DNA from: an uncultured Thermoplasmatales archaeon
Lineage (GTDB): Archaea; Thermoplasmatota; E2; DHVEG-1
Assembly: GCA_964638175.1 (NCBI GenBank)
Contig: CAZWZY010000004.1
Location: forward strand, 12,926 to 76,925
Reading direction: 5' to 3'
Length of the DNA stretch: 64,000 bases
Below, in pieces: positions 57,425 through 64,000 of this stretch (position 1 is its first letter; the number at the start of each line of letters is the position of its first letter). The notes under the pieces are model-generated. The model was not told the origin of the DNA, did no database searches, and saw nothing but the letters and a program-made list of their open reading frames with translations. The position numbers were made by a program, and so were the translations under genes.

Positions 57425-59260
57425 TTAGATAAATACATGTACTGATATCAATCCATTCTCGTAGTATGGCGGCCACAATTCGCCAAATGCCCCACCTTCA
57501 ACAGCCTCAGGCTTGTGATAAATCAACACTTCTCTACTGATCGACTCGATAGTATTTGCATTCTCGCGAGAGGGTCCAAAGGAAGTAATGATCCCCTCGT
57601 CGTTGCTAATGGTAATATTAAGATTATAGACTATAGTTTTTGATACATCAAGGTCAAAAAGAGCGGCTGCGTTTTCCGTATTAATTTTTTGTAAATTTTT
57701 TACTTTATAGTAGTCAAGAATGATGCTCTTGGATGTTTTGTACTTCACTTCAAAGAGATAGCTTTTTTCCGCAAGTTGAGTATAATTAACATAATAATTT
57801 GATCCAACTGATGACATGGTTTCATTGCTAATGTCGGGGAAGATGTCCTTACTTACTGCCACCCATGGTTTCGCATCGTCGTCTGGCAGAGTCAACGTAT
57901 TTGCTTTAACCATATGGATGCTCGTGTCATTTGCTATAGTATTGTTTACTCTAAGCATTACATAGTAGGTACCATTATTTCCATAGTCATAAGTGGGATT
58001 TGCCCCTGTTGCATTCGGTGCTCCGGGAGGATTGGTTGTATCCCAGCTGGTATCCCATTCCCACCACCACTCGAACGTTGCATCATCGGCGTTTAGTACC
58101 GACTCTGATGCATCAAATCGTATCTCAGTCCCTGGACCAAGTCCATCACTGTCAAAAAAGGAAAAGTGAGCGACTGGCGCATGGCCGACCGTTGCAGTTG
58201 TCGTCGCATCTGGAAACATCCAACCTACCAATGAACGATCTCCCCGAGAATCTTCTACCCAGAGTGTTACTTCATACTCTCCTGCTTCGTCATATGTCCA
58301 TGTCGGTGCTACTCCTATATCTTCTTGGAGAGGTTGACCCTCATAAAATCTCCAATCATATTGTACGATAGGATCATGCTCCCAAGGGTCTTCTGTACTG
58401 CCAGATCCATCGAATGTGATGGGTTCGCCAGGTTTTCCGTAGTATGGTCCATCTGCATCAGCTATAGGTGGAAAGAGATTGTGAACCAGGGCATCGTTGT
58501 TACCGACTGTTATAAAATAACAATGATCGGTGTCGATTCCTAAATCATATGTTGGCACTTGTTCATATCTTTGTTCCAGTGAGTTGATCACTATGGTCGT
58601 TGAGGAGAACGACAACGTGTCACCAATATGTAAATCTCCTGCATCAATCCATGACCCCTCAGAATAGACACGATGATTAGGTGTGAGCTTTAGACAATCA
58701 TTGATTACTAGATAATAGTCTCCCATTTCTTCAGCAGCATGGTGATAGATATTTTTTACTTCCCTGTTGGTAATCGTATTTGTTTTTTCATTATATGATT
58801 TTACCATATCGCCGACGACGATATCTTCGATATGTTTGTACGAGCCATCTGCCATCACCACTTGTGTACCAGCAAGAAAACAACTTTCGGCAATGCCTAT
58901 GCGACTATCTTTTACTCGCTCTCGTGAAAGAACGGTGATTTCTCCTTCATCACTGATATTGAATATCCCATATTCCACTGTTGGGTATGTTGCTAGACCA
59001 ACCATACTCACATTTTGTATATCAGTTTCCCATCCTGAAGTATGGCCAACTCCTTGCCCTGGTGAATTAACCAGCAATTCCATGATATCGATACTTTTCG
59101 CTTCCAAGTCAACATTCGGTCGGTCATGGGTGCTATAAATGCTGTTTGCGGCAACAAAGAATACAATAAGTAGAGAAATTGAGATGCCAATGGCTACAAG
59201 AGACTCCAGCACAGGAGATATCCCATCCTGATTCCGACCAAAGATTCTTCTGCTTTTCAT
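57425..59260 (-). CDS. Cell-surface protein: class III (pilin-like) signal/TM, then a Hint (intein-like, BIL-type) autoprocessing domain, two PKD-like domains and a beta-rich C-terminus
   Basis: The N-terminus is MKSRRIFGRNQDGISPVLESLVAIGISISLLIVFF. The Hint domain spans about aa 127-261, from CFLAGTQVVMADGS through the T-x-x-H block (LTPNHRVYS) to ...ALVHN followed by Leu (nt approximately 58478-58882). PKD-like segments follow (PITFDGSGSTED...YEVTLWVEDSRG and EIRFDASESV...YYVMLRVNNT). Sub-coordinates were computed from the ORF-track frame. Confidence 0.7.
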   Translation of the reverse strand: MKSRRIFGRNQDGISPVLESLVAIGISISLLIVFFVAANSIYSTHDRPNVDLEAKSIDIMELLVNSPGQGVGHTSGWETDIQNVSMVGLATYPTVEYGIFNISDEGEITVLSRERVKDSRIGIAESCFLAGTQVVMADGSYKHIEDIVVGDMVKSYNEKTNTITNREVKNIYHHAAEEMGDYYLVINDCLKLTPNHRVYSEGSWIDAGDLHIGDTLSFSSTTIVINSLEQRYEQVPTYDLGIDTDHCYFITVGNNDALVHNLFPPIADADGPYYGKPGEPITFDGSGSTEDPWEHDPIVQYDWRFYEGQPLQEDIGVAPTWTYDEAGEYEVTLWVEDSRGDRSLVGWMFPDATTTATVGHAPVAHFSFFDSDGLGPGTEIRFDASESVLNADDATFEWWWEWDTSWDTTNPPGAPNATGANPTYDYGNNGTYYVMLRVNNTIANDTSIHMVKANTLTLPDDDAKPWVAVSKDIFPDISNETMSSVGSNYYVNYTQLAEKSYLFEVKYKTSKSIILDYYKVKNLQKINTENAAALFDLDVSKTIVYNLNITISNDEGIITSFGPSRENANTIESISREVLIYHKPEAVEGGAFGELWPPYYENGLISVHVFI

Positions 59261-59302
59261 ATCTGATCACTTTTATATTTCTCTTTTATTCGTTTACATC
59301 CA

Positions 59303-59791
59303 TTATTCTGGCTGGCAGATGAGTGAATACGTAACATTTTCAGAGATCGTAGTTTTTCCGTCATCAAAGGTTAATGAGACATCAGCATAGTACACGTGAC
59401 TTTCATTTTCAAGATGAGAATACCAGTAGCTGTTGAGTGTGGCATCCAGGAGGTTTCCATAGGTAAGTTCCAACAACCTAAGCTGATCTCTGGTTTGAGC
59501 AAACGCGTCAAAGATGACATTGATATCTCCCTTGAAGGTTAATACCTCCCCGTTGTTTGAGATGTCGGTGAGGAGGTTGTAATTAAAGGCAGTCCCAAAT
59601 GCTTCTTTCACATAATTGAATTCTGATACTGTTGAGGTTGCTCGTTCGTTTGAAATAGCAACATCGAGATTGATAATATCTACTGCAAGCGATGAAATGA
59701 CAAAGATAGACAATGCAAGTAGTATTCCCATGAGAATGATCATTTGGCTTGCATTTCTCCTTGAATGATGTTTTCTCTTCATACGTAGCAC
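59303..59791 (-). CDS. Small pilin-like (class III signal peptide-like) secreted protein
   Basis: The 162-aa product has a basic N-terminus followed by a hydrophobic helix (MLRMKRKHHSRRNASQMIILMGILLALSIFVISSLAV). The remainder is beta-rich. It overlaps the upstream gene by 13 nt. Confidence 0.45.
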   Translation of the reverse strand: MLRMKRKHHSRRNASQMIILMGILLALSIFVISSLAVDIINLDVAISNERATSTVSEFNYVKEAFGTAFNYNLLTDISNNGEVLTFKGDINVIFDAFAQTRDQLRLLELTYGNLLDATLNSYWYSHLENESHVYYADVSLTFDDGKTTISENVTYSLICQPE

Positions 59792-60321
59792 ATCTCCAAT
59801 CTTACATCATATAGCGAGCCGCTATAATCTTGGAAATTACTTGAGCTTCTCAGATCACTTGCCACAATCGTTGGGAATTTTGTTGCATCTAAAAGATCAG
59901 GGTGAATGGTAACAGTGATATGGGAAACGGTCACAGGCTCTATCAGTTTGACTGGCTCGGTGTCATCAAGCAGTGAATTGCGCCAAAAGATGGTTTTTGT
60001 GCCATTGCTGATATAAATATTATACATTGTGCTTGGCGGAAGCATGTTTTGTAGATTTGATAAAATAAGTGCTTTGTAATTGTCAGTTATCAAATAAAAG
60101 ATAAGTTTACTTTTTGGAAAGCCTTCTGGTAGCACGTCACTTACTTCATCATTATACAAGGTTTGTAGCGCGTCGTCCCCTTTTACTTTTAAGTAATCAG
60201 TATGGGTATTACTGACTGTTGATGTTGGCGAAAGTTGATAGAGAAACACCAGCGCAACGAGTATGGTAATGGCAAAGATTACTGATTCCAACACCATCAT
60301 TTGCGCCTTATCATCCATCAT
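59779..60321 (-). CDS. Small pilin-like (class III signal peptide-like) secreted protein
   Basis: The 180-aa product begins MMDDKAQMMVLESVIFAITILVALVFLY, a K-A|Q prepilin-peptidase-like site with a VLES motif shared with the Hint/PKD protein. Its start lies 3 nt after the stop of the beta-helix gene. Confidence 0.45.
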   Translation of the reverse strand: MMDDKAQMMVLESVIFAITILVALVFLYQLSPTSTVSNTHTDYLKVKGDDALQTLYNDEVSDVLPEGFPKSKLIFYLITDNYKALILSNLQNMLPPSTMYNIYISNGTKTIFWRNSLLDDTEPVKLIEPVTVSHITVTIHPDLLDATKFPTIVASDLRSSSNFQDYSGSLYDVRLEMCYV

Positions 60322-60323
60322 GG

Positions 60324-63300
60324 TTAATCTAGCCCCACTCTAATGCCTTTTCCCCCTCGTTCTACGGTGAGTGCATTTATGATCCAGGTCTTTCCTGGTT
60401 CTCCTTCAAAGGCGATATCCAGGTCCCCTCCATTGTGATGTACGGGGAACCATTTTGTTTCATACTTGCCTTTTTCTGTTTCCGGAAACTGCAGCGTTCC
60501 TCCAGGGTAGGAAATAGTTGTCGCGTTGCAGGTTCCACTGTAATTTCCCCTAGTGATGGTAATGACATAGTCATCAGCAGACAAGTTTATCCTAAACACC
60601 GCACGCTCTATTCCATAGTTACAATCTCGGAGCACTGGCCCTGGCGTGAATGGATTAAAAGTAAGAATATTCTTCGCTTGAATTTTTTCTGTTTCTTCCC
60701 ATCCATACTGTGCCGATTCTGGTGATCCAATAGTAATTGCTGGCGAAATAGCAGGATTTTTTAACACTCGAATCCAATCAACAAGGAGGTGCCCTTCCTC
60801 TGGTGACATGAGACTACAGCCAAGGCCGACTTTCCCCTCCATATACGGCACACCCACAGCATTTTCTATGGGCTCTCCATCATCTCCTGTTTCGTACCAG
60901 TGGGTATCAATGCCGGAAATGTTTCCTATATCTGCAAAATTAGAATGGTGATATAAATATGAACGTATTCGAGCAATATGGTCTTTGTGCGGGTCTCCTG
61001 TATCTGGCTTGTACCAGAACTTTCCTGTATACAGGAATGTTTTCATTCGTAGCCAGTCAGAAATAGCTAGTGTTGTGGTTTCTTTCAAATGATAGATATT
61101 TTCTGTTACGCCGGGAGGAAACGTACCGGGATCATAATAGTAATATTTATACATCGATAGATTGGTATTGGGCGTCTCGTTAAGGGCAAGAATATAGTAC
61201 GATTTAGTTAGACTCAACATGCCACTTTCATAGATTCCAAATCCCATCATGTTTCCCTGCCCTTCATTTACTTTCATCAGTGCTTCAACAGTATATGAAG
61301 ACTCATTTGCTGTTATGGACGGCGGCTGCCCTTCGCTTGGATCGGCAATAGATGGGATAGAAAAATCTTTTGTCATGATAAATTCCTTTGTGGTTAGATT
61401 GAGGCAACCGTCAGTGATATTGTCATTTATATCGCCACTTGTTGGTGACAGATCCCAGTTAGTTGCTATGTTGTATGGAATTGAAGGCCCTGGTGGATTT
61501 TCGAAATCGTCAAAAAACACAGACACCTCATCCATCGTGTGATTGTGGATATCGGTCAATGGTTGATCATAGCCATAGTAGAGATACAGGTGGTGTTCTC
61601 TCTGGCTTTTCAAGTTCATTTTTACCAAAATGATCGATTCACCATACGGGTTCCAATAATCAATATAGTATGGTCGCACGTTATACCGTCCCCCTCCAAG
61701 AGGCCATCGGTCTTTATTTTCGGGAGTAGCACCAGAGATGTTGCGAGGCGTATCCACCTTACCGTCGCTTCCAAGAATATCCTGATCAAATCCTGTATAA
61801 AAGTCATAGGCACCTTCCCATCCTTCGTCATAATCGTCCCAATGGTTTCCTCCTTCCGAACCATTGTCCCATTGATTTGTTCCTTCATCCCATGCTGATC
61901 CATTGCGGAAGATATTGCCATAGATGGTATTAGATCCACAGTTGGAGGTATTGACGTTAATACAATAAACGTTATCAACTATCTCACAGTCAATAACGTC
62001 ATTTTGGTCGGAATCGAGATCAAGAAAAATACCAATATCGTTTTTTGAAATGGTGTTCGATTCAATCGTGTTTGAGTCGGATCGATCACTGATATAAATG
62101 CCCTTATCTCCAGTATCTGTATGCGAATAAATTGAACAATCTTCAATAATGTTGTCGATTGAATCGGTAGTGAGATAGATGCCGGAATCATCATTTTCAT
62201 AAATCTCACAGTTTATTATGCGGTTTTCTACTGATGAATCAATTTTTATGCCGTTGGTGTTTTGGTATATAGTACAATCCTGTATTTCACACCCCTCTGA
62301 TGAATCATAGATGTATATGCCATCCCCACCATTGCCTTCAATAGTACATGTGTGAATCAACTCCTCTTCGTCGGTATCAATATACACACCATGTCTACCA
62401 TTTGATGAAACACGAGAGTTATTAAGACTGATGTAGGGCGGGAAATGTGGAACATGTCCACAGGAAAAGATACGAACGCCATCTCGGGTATTATCATGGA
62501 TATAGCAGTTTTCCTTAACCATGCTGTTTTCTGAAGATTTCATATAAATGCCATCCTCATTATTCTCAACAATACAACCCGTAATTATTGTACTGTCTGC
62601 ATCGTCTAAATAGATGCCTTCATCAGTATTATCGTGAATTACACAGTTGGTTATACGATTAGAGATGCCATCAGTAATGTATACCCCTCTTTGGGCATGG
62701 CCATATATCTCACAATCTATAATCTGAATGTCATGAGCTCCATTGTAAATTTTTACACCATAATCCGTGTTGCCATTGCTGTAAATGGTACAATTTGTGA
62801 TAACGATGTTTTCCGCATTTGATCCACCAATATTAATACAGGGCTGTGGATCATCACTTCGTTCGGTATAGATGGTACAATCCCTGATATTGATGGTGCC
62901 GTCGTTGTATATATAAATCCCGCTTGTTTTGCCATTATAGATGGTTAGCGAACTGATATTTACTTCGCTTCGATCTATGTTGATTAAATGATTGCTTAAT
63001 CCAGTACCGTCTATAATGACACCGTCTCTGCTCTCTCCAAAGATGGTTACACCAGTCTTAGCTATGGTAAACTTTTCATTATATATACCGTTATAAATAT
63101 AGATGGTTCCCCTGTTTGTTACATGATCTAATGCTTCTGTTATAGTCTCAACATGATAATAGTCATACCAATCAGGATCTGGGTTATTGTCATCAACTTG
63201 AATAAACATACGCTGCCACTCTCCTGTAATGCGCTCTCCTGTCTGAAACGGATTAGCTCCATCGCCATCATAGTTTACTGGTTTTCTATCTATCATCATC

Positions 63301-64000
63301 GGGGTAGAGCCTCTCTCTTCAACTAAATATACATCATCGTACCGCACGAAATCAATCCAGACTTGCTCTCGGTAACCATCTGAAAAGTCACCCCACCAGT
63401 TGCCAATGGAATAGGGAGTCCCTCCATCCCACATATATGTTGCCGGATGATGTCCATTATCAAATTGGAAGGTAGACAACAGAGTAATCATATCTGCCCA
63501 TCCTTGGTATGCCCCTGGTTCAGGTTCATTTTTTGAATTAAATTCTATGTTGTTATAGTAGAAGGCATTGAGCTTTGTAGCTGGCCCCCCACTTATATAG
63601 ACGCCGAATCTATTGCCAAAAATGTTACTATGGCCAACGAGGTTCTCAACAACGGGTTTAGGAGTGATTCCTTCAAAGCCAATCATGTCTACGCCGTCGT
63701 CACCATTATCAAAGAAATTACAGTAATTAAACCAGTTGAAGCTTGCTTCTATAGTGATTGTTGCGCCATCCTCGCCGTTAAAGTAGAAATCACAGTTTTG
63801 AAAAGAGTTTGTGTTGGAGCCGTATTCTAGATATGCTCCGTCATTGGTATTGTCATAAAATTGACACCATTTGAATTGATTATTTAATCCTGAGACAAAG
63901 ATACATACGCCCCAATCATTATTGTAGAAATTACAATGGAGAATAGTATTCCAGACGGAACCAACAAATCCGATGCCATCTGCTCCTCTTCCACTAGCCT
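60324..64000 (-). CDS. Large cell-surface protein with parallel beta-helix (PbH1) repeats (N-terminus lies beyond the window end; disaggregatase/NosD-like)
   Basis: The minus-strand frame stays open from 60324 to the window end, giving more than 1,224 codons. PbH1-type repeats recur (NCVIHDNTDEGIYLDDADSTIITGCIVENNEDGIYM..., CTIYQNTNGIKIDSS, CEIYENDDSGIYL, CNFYNNDWGVCIFVS). The C-terminal third has no repeats and contains many N-x-S/T sequons. Confidence 0.7.
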   Translation of the reverse strand, partial: ASGRGADGIGFVGSVWNTILHCNFYNNDWGVCIFVSGLNNQFKWCQFYDNTNDGAYLEYGSNTNSFQNCDFYFNGEDGATITIEASFNWFNYCNFFDNGDDGVDMIGFEGITPKPVVENLVGHSNIFGNRFGVYISGGPATKLNAFYYNNIEFNSKNEPEPGAYQGWADMITLLSTFQFDNGHHPATYMWDGGTPYSIGNWWGDFSDGYREQVWIDFVRYDDVYLVEERGSTPMMIDRKPVNYDGDGANPFQTGERITGEWQRMFIQVDDNNPDPDWYDYYHVETITEALDHVTNRGTIYIYNGIYNEKFTIAKTGVTIFGESRDGVIIDGTGLSNHLINIDRSEVNISSLTIYNGKTSGIYIYNDGTINIRDCTIYTERSDDPQPCINIGGSNAENIVITNCTIYSNGNTDYGVKIYNGAHDIQIIDCEIYGHAQRGVYITDGISNRITNCVIHDNTDEGIYLDDADSTIITGCIVENNEDGIYMKSSENSMVKENCYIHDNTRDGVRIFSCGHVPHFPPYISLNNSRVSSNGRHGVYIDTDEEELIHTCTIEGNGGDGIYIYDSSEGCEIQDCTIYQNTNGIKIDSSVENRIINCEIYENDDSGIYLTTDSIDNIIEDCSIYSHTDTGDKGIYISDRSDSNTIESNTISKNDIGIFLDLDSDQNDVIDCEIVDNVYCINVNTSNCGSNTIYGNIFRNGSAWDEGTNQWDNGSEGGNHWDDYDEGWEGAYDFYTGFDQDILGSDGKVDTPRNISGATPENKDRWPLGGGRYNVRPYYIDYWNPYGESIILVKMNLKSQREHHLYLYYGYDQPLTDIHNHTMDEVSVFFDDFENPPGPSIPYNIATNWDLSPTSGDINDNITDGCLNLTTKEFIMTKDFSIPSIADPSEGQPPSITANESSYTVEALMKVNEGQGNMMGFGIYESGMLSLTKSYYILALNETPNTNLSMYKYYYYDPGTFPPGVTENIYHLKETTTLAISDWLRMKTFLYTGKFWYKPDTGDPHKDHIARIRSYLYHHSNFADIGNISGIDTHWYETGDDGEPIENAVGVPYMEGKVGLGCSLMSPEEGHLLVDWIRVLKNPAISPAITIGSPESAQYGWEETEKIQAKNILTFNPFTPGPVLRDCNYGIERAVFRINLSADDYVITITRGNYSGTCNATTISYPGGTLQFPETEKGKYETKWFPVHHNGGDLDIAFEGEPGKTWIINALTVERGGKGIRVGLD

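Noticed and set aside
57425-59260. Exact nucleotide-level verification of the Hint protein reading frame
   Set aside because: My hand re-translation near the 5' end disagreed with the supplied ORF translation by a small shift. I attribute this to my manual transcription and used the ORF-track frame and arithmetic for sub-coordinates. I am not claiming a genuine frameshift.
1-64000. CRISPR arrays, rRNA genes, and transposase, integrase or IS elements
   Set aside because: No regularly spaced direct repeats, no rRNA-like conserved stretches and no transposase- or integrase-like ORFs were seen. The tRNA-bracketed island therefore lacks an obvious mobility gene in this window.

Overview
This is a gene-dense archaeal chromosomal segment with roughly 40% GC by eye. 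No rRNA, CRISPR array, transposase or integrase was recognised. Oligo-T tracts sit after genes in the way archaeal terminators do, and there are NAC, aIF6, L31e/L39e/S19e, Rpp21 and Elp3 homologues. A 3-hexulose-6-phosphate synthase/RraA-like fusion, a GPR1/FUN34/YaaH-type acetate channel, parallel beta-helix surface proteins and FolD together suggest a Methanosarcinales-like methanogen. The window falls into seven blocks.

- **1–8.5 kb, housekeeping and envelope genes.** A partial metallophosphoesterase, Nnr, NAC, a GT-A glycosyltransferase, a HEAT-repeat protein, a membrane-tethered twin winged-helix regulator with an extracellular PKD-like domain, a PepSY-like membrane protein and a sulfotransferase-like protein.
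- **9.4–29.6 kb, a tRNA-bracketed cell-envelope glycan island.** tRNA-Glu and tRNA-Gln genes bracket the block. Inside are several membrane proteins and then an acyl-carrier-protein-dependent sugar acylation/amidation module: polysaccharide deacetylase, AcpS-type phosphopantetheinyl transferase, a FemAB/GNAT-like protein, a WbuX-type N-acetyl sugar amidotransferase, a NadE-like PP-loop amidotransferase, an AMP-ligase and an acyl carrier protein. A glycosyltransferase cluster follows: a DPM1-like GT2, GT4 enzymes, a split Alg14/Alg13 pair, a polymerase-like membrane protein, a hexapeptide-repeat acetyltransferase, a Wzx flippase and an epimerase.
- **29.7–39.2 kb, a phosphate supercluster.** CinA/PncC and a phosphoesterase, then Pit with a DUF47 partner, an AbrB-PhoU regulator, pstSCAB-phoU and an ArsC/LMW-PTP-type phosphatase.
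- **39.4–43.1 kb.** A DUF89 protein, an AT-rich islet carrying an orphan lysine-rich ORF, and Elp3.
- **43.2–52.9 kb.** An ABC-2 exporter, a DUF131 protein, FolD, a methyltransferase, the HPS/RraA-like fusion, a DUF362/ferredoxin protein, the acetate channel and ValRS.
- **53–57.3 kb.** A transglutaminase-like protein, a TrmB-like regulator, then the archaeal cluster aIF6–L31e–L39e–PDCD5-like–S19e–Rpp21. The L39e gene is missing from the ORF track.
- **57.4–64 kb, a surface operon.** A beta-helix protein longer than 1,220 aa and truncated by the window edge, two small pilin-like (class III signal-like) proteins, and a 611-aa pilin-like/PKD protein carrying an intact Hint (intein-like) autoprocessing domain.

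I rate two loci most worth follow-up. One is the ACP-dependent glycan acylation/amidation module, which looks like an archaeal counterpart of the accessory genes in bacterial exosortase/PEP-CTERM exopolysaccharide loci. The other is the surface operon with the Hint domain.

Coordinates that I derived by reading the sequence by hand may be off by a few nucleotides. These are the tRNAs, the L39e gene, the small ORF at 39.27 kb and the partial CDS at the window start.
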